A DNA stretch of 64,000 nt from Gemmatimonadales bacterium (GCA_038321865.1 JBBQFH010000012.1:1-64000); one strand, 5' to 3'; positions 11,247 to 20,544 are shown, counted from the first letter of the stretch. Notes: generated by a model not told the origin, from the letters alone. Numbers and translations are program-made.

Positions 11247-11767
11247 AGTCGCGCCTGCTGCGTGACATCCTGGTGGTTGCGGCGGTGGCGCTCATCGCCG
11301 GCGGGGCGGCCGCACTCTGGACCGCGCCCGCCCCGCTGTTTTCTTCGGATCATGCCGTGCCGCGGGTGCTCGAGATGGATCTTCGTACCGCGCAGGATCG
11401 GCTGACCGCGCTCGGCTACCGGGTGAAGCTCGGGGGCTCGCGGGAGCATCCGAGCGTGCCGCGCGGGCGCGTGATCGGACAGGACCCGCCGGCGGGTGTC
11501 ATCCTGGCTCGCGGATCGGCGGTGGAGCTGGTCACCAGCGGCGGGCGTCCGCCGGTGATCGTGCCGGACGTCGTCGGGTTTGCCGCCACCCAGGCACTGC
11601 AGGTGCTCGCGGCGGCGGGTCTCACCGGGGTCCAGGTCGATTCGGTCAGCGAAGGCGTGGACGCGCCCGGCATCATCGTCTCGACGCGGCCGCGGGCCGG
11701 CACCGCCCAGGATGCGGGCAGCAGCGTCGGCCTCGTCGTCAGCACCGGCACCGGAGGGAAGCCATGA
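11243..11767 (+). CDS. Membrane-anchored protein with two PASTA domains and no kinase domain
   Basis: N-terminal TM helix; VP.V..M...A...L...G, VIGQDPPAG...V.LV.S.G and VPDVVG repeats. Confidence 0.88.
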   Translation: MKSRLLRDILVVAAVALIAGGAAALWTAPAPLFSSDHAVPRVLEMDLRTAQDRLTALGYRVKLGGSREHPSVPRGRVIGQDPPAGVILARGSAVELVTSGGRPPVIVPDVVGFAATQALQVLAAAGLTGVQVDSVSEGVDAPGIIVSTRPRAGTAQDAGSSVGLVVSTGTGGKP

Positions 11768-12429
11768 CCGTTCGCATCGCGCCGAGTGTGCTCAGCGCCG
11801 ACCTGGGCCGGCTCCGCGAGCAGGTCGCGGCGGCGGCGGAGGGCGGCGCCGACTGGATCCACGTCGACGTGATGGATGGTCACTTCGTACCCAACCTGAC
11901 CTTCGGCGCGCCAATGATTCGGGCGCTCCGGCGATTGACCGAGCTGCCGCTCGACGTCCATCTCATGGTGGAGCGCCCGGAGCAGTACATCGACGTCTTC
12001 GCCGACGCCGGCGCCCGGGTGTTCACCTTTCATCCGGAGGGCACCATTCACGTGCAGCGGCAGCTCGCCGCGGTGCGCGAGCGCGGCATGCTGGCCGGCC
12101 TCGCGCTGACGCCGGCGACGCCGCTCGGCCGGATCGAGGAAGTGACCGACGATCTCGACCTGGTGCTCATCATGTCGGTCAACCCCGGCTACGGGGGACA
12201 GTCCTACATTCCGCACTCGACCGACAAGATCGCCCGGACGCGCGCCCTGCTGGAGCGGCACGGCTCCTCCGCCGTGGTCGAGGTGGACGGAGGGATATCC
12301 ACCACGACGATCGGAGACGCCTGGCGGGCCGGCGCCACGGCATTCGTCGCCGGCACCTCGGTCTTCGGCGAAGCCGACCCGGCCGCCGCGGTGCGCGCAC
12401 TCAGGGCCCAGTGCATGGAGCGTGTCTGA
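11764..12429 (+). CDS. rpe: Ribulose-phosphate 3-epimerase
   Basis: IAPSVLSAD, HVDVMDGHFVPNLTFG, DVHLMV, MSVNPGYGGQ and VDGGI motifs. Confidence 0.98.
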   Translation: MTVRIAPSVLSADLGRLREQVAAAAEGGADWIHVDVMDGHFVPNLTFGAPMIRALRRLTELPLDVHLMVERPEQYIDVFADAGARVFTFHPEGTIHVQRQLAAVRERGMLAGLALTPATPLGRIEEVTDDLDLVLIMSVNPGYGGQSYIPHSTDKIARTRALLERHGSSAVVEVDGGISTTTIGDAWRAGATAFVAGTSVFGEADPAAAVRALRAQCMERV

Positions 12430-13016
12430 TGGCAGTGTCGAGGCAGTGGGGATTCGTCGGGTTGATCGCGGCCGGACTGGCACTCGGCGCGTGGGCCATG
12501 GTCCGCTTCCGGCCGGAAACGGATCAGGTCGTCGTGGGATCGCGCGCGCCGGATTTCACCGTCGTGGACCTCGGTTCCGGCGACTCCGTGTCGCTCCGCG
12601 AGCGGTACAAGGGCACCGTGACGCTGGTGAACATCTGGGCGACGTGGTGCGGCCCCTGCCGCCTCGAGATGCCGTCGATGCAGCGGGCCTACGCCCGCCT
12701 CAAGCCGCGGGGCTTCAAGATCGCGGCCATCAGCGTCGACGAAGGCGACCCGGACGACGTCCGCAAGTTTGCCCGCGAGCTCGGCCTCACCTTCGATCTG
12801 ATGCAGGATCGCAGCACGCTGATCCAGCAGCGGTTTCAGATGACCGGTGTGCCGGAGAGCTTCCTGCTCGACAAGAACGGCATCATCCTCAAACGCGAGA
12901 TCGGGGCCCGCGAATGGGATGCGCCGGTGAACCTCGCGCTCATCAACCGCCTGCTCGATGACGCCGGCGCTCCTGCCGGCCGGTTCACCGATACCCTTGG
13001 CGCCACGGCGCGGTAA
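12429..13016 (+). CDS. TlpA/ResA-family thiol-disulfide oxidoreductase
   Basis: N-terminal TM helix, APDF, VNIWATWCGPCRLEMP and GVPESFLLDKNG. Confidence 0.92.
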   Translation: MAVSRQWGFVGLIAAGLALGAWAMVRFRPETDQVVVGSRAPDFTVVDLGSGDSVSLRERYKGTVTLVNIWATWCGPCRLEMPSMQRAYARLKPRGFKIAAISVDEGDPDDVRKFARELGLTFDLMQDRSTLIQQRFQMTGVPESFLLDKNGIILKREIGAREWDAPVNLALINRLLDDAGAPAGRFTDTLGATAR

Positions 13017-13020
13017 CCGG

Positions 13021-14079
13021 GTGATCCAACGGGTGCTCGGCATCGAGACGTCGTGCGACGAGACCTCCGCGGCGGTGCTGTCGGTGGACGCCGGCCGGGG
13101 CCGGCTCGATGGGCTGGTGATCCTGTCGCAGGACGTCCACCGCGTCTTCGGCGGCGTAGTGCCGGAGCTGGCCAGCCGGGCGCATGTGCAGGCCATCTCG
13201 TCGGTGGTGGGCCGATCGCTCGCCGATGCCGGCATCGAGCTGGCCGATCTCGACGGCATCGCGGTCACGGCGGGTCCCGGCCTCGTCGGCGCGCTGCTGG
13301 TTGGCGTCATGTACGGAAAGACCCTCGCCTGGAGTGCCGGCCTTCCGCTCATCGGGGTCAATCACCTCGAAGGCCACCTCTTCGCGCCGACGCTGGAAGA
13401 TCCCGACCTCGCGCCGCCCTTCGTCGCGCTGCTCGTGAGCGGCGGCCACACCCTGCTGCTCGACGTGCCCGCCTGGGGCGAGTATCGACTGCTCGGCGCG
13501 ACACTCGATGATGCCGCCGGCGAGGCCTTCGACAAGGTGGCCACCCTCCTCGGGCTCGGCTATCCGGGCGGGGCCGCCATCGAGAAGCTGGCGAGGGACG
13601 GACGCCCCGGACGCTTCCGCTTCCCGCGGCCGATGCTCCAGGAGCTCGAGCGCGACGGGCCCAGCCGCTACGCCTTCTCGTTCAGCGGGCTCAAGACGGC
13701 GCTGCTACGCGCCGTCCGCGCCAGCGACGACCTGGACCGCGACCGGGCCGACCTCGCCCGTGGCTTTCAGGACGCGGCGGTGGAGGTCCTCGCCGCCAAG
13801 ACCGCGCACGCGGTCGAGGCGCTCGGGTACGAGACCGCCGTGATCGGCGGCGGGGTCGCCTGCAACGGGGCGCTGGTCGCCGAGCTCCGCCGGCGCCTGC
13901 ACGGCCGCGCGCGCGTGAGCGTCGCGGCACCGCGGCTCAACACCGACAACGCGGCAATGATCGCCGCGGCGGGCGCCTGGCGGCTGGCCCGCGGCGAGCG
14001 CAGCGGCTGGGATCTCGAGGCCCGCGACGATCTCCCGATTCCCGGGCTCACTCTCACATCCGAACGGATCCGCGCATGA
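13021..14079 (+). CDS. tsaD: t6A tRNA threonylcarbamoyltransferase TsaD
   Basis: LGIETSCDET, GGVVPELASRAH, HLEGH, SGGHT, DDAAGEAFDKVA, FSFSGLKT and DNAAMIA motifs. Confidence 0.98.
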   Translation: MIQRVLGIETSCDETSAAVLSVDAGRGRLDGLVILSQDVHRVFGGVVPELASRAHVQAISSVVGRSLADAGIELADLDGIAVTAGPGLVGALLVGVMYGKTLAWSAGLPLIGVNHLEGHLFAPTLEDPDLAPPFVALLVSGGHTLLLDVPAWGEYRLLGATLDDAAGEAFDKVATLLGLGYPGGAAIEKLARDGRPGRFRFPRPMLQELERDGPSRYAFSFSGLKTALLRAVRASDDLDRDRADLARGFQDAAVEVLAAKTAHAVEALGYETAVIGGGVACNGALVAELRRRLHGRARVSVAAPRLNTDNAAMIAAAGAWRLARGERSGWDLEARDDLPIPGLTLTSERIRA

Positions 14080-14942
14080 CCACGGTTTACCCGCTCGTCT
14101 TCCGGCTCGGCCCCATTGAGGTCACCGGGTACGGAATCATGATGATGGTCGGCTTCCTGGCCGGCGGCTGGCTCGTGACGCTCGAGCTGCGGCGCCGCGC
14201 GCTGCGGGAGGAGTATTCAGCCGACATGATCGTGGCCGCGGTCATCGGCGGAATCATCGGGGCCAAGCTCTGGTATGTGGCGCTCACGCGCGATCCATCG
14301 GCGCTGTTCTCGCGCGGTGGCCTGGTCTGGTACGGCGGCTTCCTCGGCGGGGCGGTCGCCGTGGCGGTCAACAGCTGGCGGCTCCGGGTCCCGATCCGGT
14401 GGACCATGCATCTGGCGGCGCCCGCGCTCGCGGCGGCCTACGCGCTCGGCCGGGTGGGGTGTTTCCTCGTCAACGACGATTATGGCCGGCCGACCACACT
14501 GCCGTGGGCCGTAAAGTTCCCCCGGGGCCTTCCGCCTTCGACGGCCGGCAACCTGCACCAGCTCTTCGGCATCCCGGTGCCGTCCGGGATCGATCCGAAT
14601 ACGGTCATGGCAGTGCATCCGACCCAGCTCTACGAGGTCGCGATCATGCTCGGCGCATTCTTCGTGCTCTGGCACTGGCGCCGGAACGTCCATCCGGTGG
14701 GATGGCTGTTCGGCGTCTACCTCGTCTTTGCCGGCACCGAACGATTTCTGATCGAGATCGTCCGCGCCAAGGATGACCGCTTCGTCGGCCCGTTCACGCT
14801 GGCTCAGGTGACGAGCGTGCTGCTCGTCGCGGTCGGCGTTGCGCTCATCGCCCGCTGGCGCAGGGGACCGGAGGTGGACCCGGGCCCGTACCTGCGCAAC
14901 GTCAGCCGGCAACCGGTCACCAGAAATGCAGCGGCGGCATAA
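14076..14942 (+). CDS. lgt: Prolipoprotein diacylglyceryl transferase
   Basis: YG, GGLVWYGG, GRVGCF, HPTQLYE and RFLIE motifs; multiple TM helices. Confidence 0.93.
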   Translation: MTTVYPLVFRLGPIEVTGYGIMMMVGFLAGGWLVTLELRRRALREEYSADMIVAAVIGGIIGAKLWYVALTRDPSALFSRGGLVWYGGFLGGAVAVAVNSWRLRVPIRWTMHLAAPALAAAYALGRVGCFLVNDDYGRPTTLPWAVKFPRGLPPSTAGNLHQLFGIPVPSGIDPNTVMAVHPTQLYEVAIMLGAFFVLWHWRRNVHPVGWLFGVYLVFAGTERFLIEIVRAKDDRFVGPFTLAQVTSVLLVAVGVALIARWRRGPEVDPGPYLRNVSRQPVTRNAAAA

Positions 14943-14979
14943 GGCGTAAACTCAGGGGGCGACGTGCTGTAGCCACAAG

Positions 14980-15011
14980 CAAACGGCCCGCCGATTCTGG
15001 CGGGCCGTTTG
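14980..15011. terminator. Bidirectional intrinsic terminator between convergent lgt and FTR1 genes
   Basis: Perfect 13-bp stem CAAACGGCCCGCC / GGCGGGCCGTTTG with a 6-nt loop and short T-runs on both strands. Confidence 0.8.
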
Positions 15012-15029
15012 TGCATCGTGCAGCCTGGA

Positions 15030-17129
15030 TCAACCTCGATCGTTCGGCCGAGCCGCGTCCGTCGAAAGCTGATCCCGCATTCGCTCGACTTCGGAGCGGA
15101 GCTCGGCCAGGTCGGTCTCCATCCGGTCGAGCGACCGCAACAGTTCGCGCGACGCGCCGGCGCTCACCGGTGCCGCGACGCCGACCGCCGCATCCGGCAC
15201 CATGACTGATGTCACCCGCAGCCGCCGCGGCTCGAGCAGGAAGGTCCACACCAGCGCGGCCACGAACAGCACCAGCAGCAACGCCTGCGCAGCGAGCGAT
15301 TCGACCGTCGGGTAGATACCCAGCGTGGGAATTCGGGGTGCCCAGGGCACGATCGTCGTGGCAATGAAGCCACCTTCCTGAAGCTCGGCGATCCCCTTCC
15401 CGGCAAAGCCGAACGCCATGTAATAGAGGAACGCGCTGGTCAGCGCGAAGAACGGCTTGAGCGGCAGCCGCACGCCAAAGCGGTTGATCGCGATATAGAC
15501 GACGACCAGGACCGCTGCCCCGGCGAGCATGCCCGCCAGAACCGGCATCACCGTCCCGCCCGCCCCGCCGGACACGAACAGTGCCTTGTAGAACAGCACC
15601 GTCTCGAACCCTTCGCGATAGACCGCCAGAAATGCCGCCGATGCCAGCGCGAGCGACGAGCCGCTGGTGACCGCGTCCTGCACCTTGCTCCGGACGAACT
15701 GGTTCCACTTCACCACTTCCATCTTCGACAACAGCCAGTAGCTCACATAGAACAGCACGACGGTGGCGACCACCATCGTGAGGCCCTCGAGCGCCTCCCG
15801 CTTGCCCGGGGTGAGCTGGAAAACGGTCTCGAGCACCGCGGCGGTGAGCAGGCTCGCGCCAACCGCCACGCCCACGCCGATGTGAATGTCACGCCGCCGA
15901 TTGGACGCGCCGGTCCGGGTGAGGAACGTGAGCAGCGCCCCGACAATGAGGATCGCTTCCAGCCCCTCGCGCAGCAGCAGCACGAACGACTGAAAGAACA
16001 GACTCAGCGGTGACAGCGTGTCACCGGCCAGCCGCTCGGCGTTTTCGAGTCCCGCCGCCAGGCCGCCCCGGATCTCGCCCAGCTCGGCCGGAGTGGCGCC
16101 GCCGGCCGCGCGCGTACGCAGGGACGCGAACGAAGTTTCCAGCTGATCGGCCAGGCCGGCGTTGCGCGCGCGGACAGTGCGCTCCACCTGCTCGAACGTC
16201 ATGTAGGCGTCGAACGCCTTGGCGCTTGCCGCCGTCCCCGCCCCCTGCCCGACCAGCGCGAACGCCGAGTCGAGCTGGGCGCGGACCAGCGTGAAGACCG
16301 TCGCCGTACCGGCGCTCTGGCCGTTGTACGCCCGCACGGCGGCCACCCGGGCCAGCTCCGCCTGCGTCGGCTCACCGCTCACGCCGATCGAGCTGAGCAG
16401 CTCGGCGTCTGACATCCGCGCGGTCGCCGGGAAGCTGCGGAGCGACAGCGGAACCGCGCCCTGGGCTGCGGGCAGCCGGAGCAGCGACGCGTAGACCGCG
16501 GCGGCCCACCGGTCATCAGTTGGGAGACGAGTCTCGAACGCGGGCATCGCCGTGCCGGCAACGCCGATCGTGACGCGATGGTAATAGTCGAGGGGAGCGG
16601 TGTTTCCGAGGGACGGGCTGGTGAGATCGGCCGGGCGCGGCGAGAGCCCGGCTGCCAGTGGCCCGTCACCCCGGCCGAGGCTACCGTGACAGCTCGCACA
16701 GTTGGTTCGGTAGATCTCGGCGCCTCGCGCGATGGACGGCGCGACGGCGGGCGTTTCGTCCAGCGAGACATGCAGCCGTTGCGATACGCCGAGCGCGAGC
16801 GCCTGCACCCGCGCGTCGAGCGAGTCCGGGGACGCGACCGCGGTGATCAGCGCCGCGACGGAATCAATGGCCGCAACCGCCGCCTTCGCTTCGGTGGCCG
16901 GCAGCAGCTCCGCGCTGTGCCGGGCTTCGGCCAGGAACAGCTTCGCTTCCTCGACCTCACCGGCCGCGACGACTCGTCCGCCGCGGACGCCGACCCGATA
17001 CTCCTCGGCCGCCAGCTTCGCGGTCGCGGCGAGGCGGCGGACGGCCGGCGCCGGATCGTCGGCGACCGGCTGCTGCGCGACGGGCGCGAGTGCCAGAAAT
17101 ACAAGGTGGAGCGCACTGATGAAAACCAT
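15030..17129 (-). CDS. Cytochrome c-FTR1 family iron permease fusion
   Basis: Signal peptide, CASCHG heme motif, REGLE and REGFE FTR1 motifs in a multi-TM domain, C-terminal coiled coil; start ATG 17129 or TTG 17135. Confidence 0.92.
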   Translation of the reverse strand: MVFISALHLVFLALAPVAQQPVADDPAPAVRRLAATAKLAAEEYRVGVRGGRVVAAGEVEEAKLFLAEARHSAELLPATEAKAAVAAIDSVAALITAVASPDSLDARVQALALGVSQRLHVSLDETPAVAPSIARGAEIYRTNCASCHGSLGRGDGPLAAGLSPRPADLTSPSLGNTAPLDYYHRVTIGVAGTAMPAFETRLPTDDRWAAAVYASLLRLPAAQGAVPLSLRSFPATARMSDAELLSSIGVSGEPTQAELARVAAVRAYNGQSAGTATVFTLVRAQLDSAFALVGQGAGTAASAKAFDAYMTFEQVERTVRARNAGLADQLETSFASLRTRAAGGATPAELGEIRGGLAAGLENAERLAGDTLSPLSLFFQSFVLLLREGLEAILIVGALLTFLTRTGASNRRRDIHIGVGVAVGASLLTAAVLETVFQLTPGKREALEGLTMVVATVVLFYVSYWLLSKMEVVKWNQFVRSKVQDAVTSGSSLALASAAFLAVYREGFETVLFYKALFVSGGAGGTVMPVLAGMLAGAAVLVVVYIAINRFGVRLPLKPFFALTSAFLYYMAFGFAGKGIAELQEGGFIATTIVPWAPRIPTLGIYPTVESLAAQALLLVLFVAALVWTFLLEPRRLRVTSVMVPDAAVGVAAPVSAGASRELLRSLDRMETDLAELRSEVERMRDQLSTDAARPNDRG

Positions 17130-17134
17130 TCTCA
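17120..17134 (-). promoter_or_regulatory. Fur-like 7-1-7 box overlapping the FTR1 start
   Basis: TGAGAAT-G-GTTTTCA resembles TGATAAT-n-ATTATCA; AT-rich island at an iron permease gene. Confidence 0.6.
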
Positions 17135-17167
17135 ACCAATTAGTTGGATGCAGTGCGTAAAGTAGGG

Positions 17168-17572
17168 TCAGCCGGACGGGATTGGAAGCGCCGGGCCCTC
17201 GCGCTCGAGTATCGCGACCGCCCCCGCCGATGTGGCCGAATGCGTGAGCGAGATATGGATCCTGAGTTCGCCGGCGGCCGCCGCGGCCACGCCGAAGAGC
17301 GACACGCTCGGCCGTCCGTCGAGCGCACGCCAGACCTCGATGTCCTGCCAGCTGACACCGCGGCAGCCGGGCAGCGTCTGCAGCGCCTTGTACACGGCTT
17401 CCTTCGCCGCGATCCGTGCCGCGACGTGCGGGATCGGGTCGGGCCGGGTCGCCACGTACTGGCGCTCATGCTCGGTGAGCAGTCGGCGGAGCGCCTGGTC
17501 CGCCCGCCTGGCGAGCATCCGCCGGACCCGGTCGAGTTCCACGAGATCGATGCCGACTCCGACGATCGTCAC
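17168..17572 (-). CDS. acpS: Holo-ACP synthase (4'-phosphopantetheinyl transferase)
   Basis: GVGIDLVE, AARIAAKEAVYKAL, GRP and ISLTHS motifs; GTG overlaps the upstream stop. Confidence 0.95.
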   Translation of the reverse strand: MTIVGVGIDLVELDRVRRMLARRADQALRRLLTEHERQYVATRPDPIPHVAARIAAKEAVYKALQTLPGCRGVSWQDIEVWRALDGRPSVSLFGVAAAAAGELRIHISLTHSATSAGAVAILEREGPALPIPSG

Positions 17573-18300
17573 ATGCGGGCCCACCAGAACGCGGCCATCC
17601 CATGGAGCGGGCCCGGCACCGGGAAGAATCCGCCCAGTACCAGACCCACGTAGCCGGCGATGCCCAGCACGGCCACGCTCACCAGCCAGAGCGGCCATCG
17701 GGGCCGTCGCCACGCGCGCACCCGCTCGATCTCCGGCGTCCAGGCCGCCAGCTCCTCGCTCGCTGCGCGGTCGAGTGCGAGCCAGGCGGACTCCACCCGC
17801 CGCGCGACGCCGCCGAGCGCTTCCTGCCACCGGGCGAGCGCTGCCGGACCGCGCGCCGCCGCGGGCACGGTTGATTCCAGTGCGTCGAGCGCCCCCACGA
17901 ACGGTCCGCCCGAAATGCCGAGGCGGACGCCGATCGCGCGGCGCTCCTCATCGTCGAGCAGCAGGCGTTCAAGCTGGCGCGTCGGGAGGAGCGACTCGGC
18001 AGCGGCGGCCCGCATGCGCGCGTCGATCCGCGTGGCGACGCGAGCCGCCACGGCCGTCACCGCGCGCTCCCAGGCATCGAGCCAGGCGCGGCGGCCGAGC
18101 GAGGCAGCAGCGCCGTCCCAGTCCCCGGATTCGGCGAATTCGCGGGCGGCGGCACCGAGCTCGAAGATCTCGCTCACCAGCGCATAGCGGATATCATCGA
18201 AGGGGGCCGGCGCCTGCGCCCGCGGCGGCACGGTCTCGGTGAGCCGGCCCAGCAGCGGGCCAAGCTCGGGCACCACCGGGGCCGCACCGGCGGCGGTCAC
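17569..18300 (-). CDS. Hypothetical helical protein with a C-terminal membrane anchor
   Basis: Start/stop overlaps on both sides; C-terminal hydrophobic segment WLVSVAVLGIAGYVGLVLGG. Confidence 0.75.
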   Translation of the reverse strand: MTAAGAAPVVPELGPLLGRLTETVPPRAQAPAPFDDIRYALVSEIFELGAAAREFAESGDWDGAAASLGRRAWLDAWERAVTAVAARVATRIDARMRAAAAESLLPTRQLERLLLDDEERRAIGVRLGISGGPFVGALDALESTVPAAARGPAALARWQEALGGVARRVESAWLALDRAASEELAAWTPEIERVRAWRRPRWPLWLVSVAVLGIAGYVGLVLGGFFPVPGPLHGMAAFWWARM

Positions 18301-18857
18301 GGGCGACTCGCCAGCACGGGGCGCCCGCCGCGAGCCTCGAAGCGGGACACGAACGCGTTCAGCGAATCGGCGCTGAACACATCGCGGGCGATGCCGGTCG
18401 CCACGATCGCCGCTTCGATGGCGTCGGGAGGCCCTTCGACTTCCAGCAGCACGTCCATCCGCGGATAGGTCTCGATGCGCAGGGTCGCCTCGCCGAGGCG
18501 AAAGATCTCCACCATCCGGTCAATGGCACGCACCACGCGGTACCCGAGGGACTCGAGCACGTCGGACGGCGGAGTGTCACCGGTGACGTCGCACTCGCGC
18601 TCGTCCCGGAGCTTGTAGCCGTCGGGTGAGCGCTGCGTCGGTCCCTTCCACGCCAGCTGCCATTCCTCCAGTCCGTCCTCTCGGCGGAACGTCCGCACCC
18701 TGAGCACCTCATCGCGGGCGCCGAGCTCACCGTTGCGGTCGTACAATCGGTCCTGCATCCCCCCCACGAAGCGGAGGCTCGCACCGGCATCGTCGAGCCG
18801 CCGACGCAGCGCGTCGGCATCGGGAACGATGGCCTTGAGCTCGAGTTCGCTCGCCAT
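18297..18857 (-). CDS. CYTH-domain protein (class IV adenylate cyclase / triphosphatase-like)
   Basis: N-terminal ELELK, Q.D.LYD, LRVR, KGP and LEVEG motifs. Confidence 0.88.
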   Translation of the reverse strand: MASELELKAIVPDADALRRRLDDAGASLRFVGGMQDRLYDRNGELGARDEVLRVRTFRREDGLEEWQLAWKGPTQRSPDGYKLRDERECDVTGDTPPSDVLESLGYRVVRAIDRMVEIFRLGEATLRIETYPRMDVLLEVEGPPDAIEAAIVATGIARDVFSADSLNAFVSRFEARGGRPVLASRP

Positions 18858-18859
18858 GG

Positions 18860-19558
18860 CTAGTCGAGGATGGCCGCGAGCACGCGGTCAGTATCGGAGA
18901 GGTCGGCGAAGACGGCGTGCGGGGCGCAGGCGGCAAGATCGGCGAGGGTGTAGCCGCCGGTCGCGACCGCGATGGCGCGGGCGCCGATCGGCACGCCGCA
19001 GGCGACATCGGCGGGTGTGTCGCCGATGATGACGACGTCCGGCCCGGCCGGCACGCGGCCGAAGTGCGCCTCGGCGCGTCGGGCCGCGATCGCGGGGAGA
19101 TCGGGCCGGTGCGCGGCATCGCTGCCATAGGCGCCGACCGTGAACCGTTCCGGCGCGACTCCGGCCGCCCGCAGCTTGAGCACGGCACCCCGCATCACGT
19201 TCCCGGTCAGCAGGCCCAGCACCACGTCGTCGAGCGCCTCCAGGCGTTCGAGCAGCGCGTGCACGCCCGGCATGACCGTCGTCGTCGTGCCCGGCCGGGC
19301 CAGCTCCCGCTCGAGCAGTGCCACATAGCGCTCGCACAGCGCCGCGACACGCTCCGCCGCGTGCGGCGCGTCGTGACCTGCCGCCACGAGCATTTCGGCC
19401 ACGATCTGCGGGTCGGTCTTCCCGTCGAATCGGACGGTCCCGAAGCCGCCGGCCGGGCCCACCGCTTCGGAAAGGGCCGTCGTGATGGCGCGCCGGCCCG
19501 CGCCCGCGGTGAGCAGGATCGTCCCGTCGATGTCGAACAGGACGAGCTTCCGTTTCAC
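18860..19558 (-). CDS. HAD-superfamily hydrolase
   Basis: LFDIDGT motif I, LLTGN and IIGDTPAD motif IV. Confidence 0.92.
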   Translation of the reverse strand: MKRKLVLFDIDGTILLTAGAGRRAITTALSEAVGPAGGFGTVRFDGKTDPQIVAEMLVAAGHDAPHAAERVAALCERYVALLERELARPGTTTTVMPGVHALLERLEALDDVVLGLLTGNVMRGAVLKLRAAGVAPERFTVGAYGSDAAHRPDLPAIAARRAEAHFGRVPAGPDVVIIGDTPADVACGVPIGARAIAVATGGYTLADLAACAPHAVFADLSDTDRVLAAILD

Positions 19559-20358
19559 GCGACGGCCTGACGCCGCGCGAAGCGGCGGGCGGCGGCGAGC
19601 CGCGGACGGAGCGCCGCGCCCGCGCGCGATCCTTCGGCGAACGACTCGTGCACCACCCCGCCGCAGGCGATGGTCGAGTGGACCAGCCTGCCGCCCGCTG
19701 CCGCGAACGCCACATGGGTGATGGCGGTGCCGCCGGTCTCGCTCCGGAAGAACAGCAGGTCGCCCGGCTCGAAGGCGTCGAGCGGGATCGGCTCACCGAA
19801 GGCGGCCTGCGCCGACGAATCGCGCGGGGTCACGATGCCGCGAGCGAGATACGTGGTCTGGACCAGACCGGAGCAGTCCGCGCCCCACGGTGTCACGCCG
19901 CCCCACTGGTAGGGCGCACTCTGGAAGCGCTCCAGTGCCCAGCGCTCCGGCGCTTCGGCACCGCTCGCGCGAAGCACCTCCGCGGCCGCGCGAATCGACC
20001 CACCGACCACCTGGCCGGAGCGCCCATCGGGAAGCGCAACGCGTTCGCCGGCCAGGCCGACCCGCGCCCGGAGCGGAAGCGCGGCCGGCACGCCGTCTAC
20101 CGCGACGCGGGCGCCCTCGCTCCAGGCCAGCGCGCGCGCGCGCCACGCATCCGTGCCGGCGTCGTCCGCTTCCCGCACATAGCCGCGATGGGTCCATCCC
20201 TCGTAACGGTCGAGGCTGGTGCGGACCTGCAGCCATTCGCCCGAGCGGCCCAGTACGTCGGCCGTTTCGCCCAGCACCAGCTGGGTCACCTGTTCGGCGC
20301 GGACGCCCGCCGATGCGAGCACGGGCGCGATGGCCGCGGTCACGATCGCGGATGTCAC
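19555..20358 (-). CDS. SH3 plus NlpC/P60 (C40) peptidase, YkfC-like
   Basis: TQLVLGE, EWLQV..YEGW (SH3b), PYQWGG, DCSGLVQ, PGDLLFF and HV..HS; no signal peptide from GTG 20358. Confidence 0.9.
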   Translation of the reverse strand: MTSAIVTAAIAPVLASAGVRAEQVTQLVLGETADVLGRSGEWLQVRTSLDRYEGWTHRGYVREADDAGTDAWRARALAWSEGARVAVDGVPAALPLRARVGLAGERVALPDGRSGQVVGGSIRAAAEVLRASGAEAPERWALERFQSAPYQWGGVTPWGADCSGLVQTTYLARGIVTPRDSSAQAAFGEPIPLDAFEPGDLLFFRSETGGTAITHVAFAAAGGRLVHSTIACGGVVHESFAEGSRAGAALRPRLAAARRFARRQAVA

Positions 20359-20537
20359 GACGGGGCGGGCTTTCCGGCCGCCGCCGCCGCGCACTTGGCG
20401 CATCGGGTCACGCCCCGAAACGAGCAGATGAGACAGATGAAGGTCCCGCAGTCCGCGCAGGGATAGCCTTCCGACGCCCGCTCCTCGCGGCCGCAGGCTC
20501 GGCACACCATCGCGTCATTCTCGTGGATCTCGGCCAT
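20355..20537 (-). CDS. 60-aa microprotein with four CxxC motifs (binuclear zinc finger)
   Basis: MAEIHENDAMVCRACGREERASEGYPCADCGTFICLICSFRGVTRCAKC...; GAGG SD; stop overlaps the NlpC start. Confidence 0.8.
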   Translation of the reverse strand: MAEIHENDAMVCRACGREERASEGYPCADCGTFICLICSFRGVTRCAKCAAAAAGKPAPS

Positions 20538-20544
20538 TTCCGCC

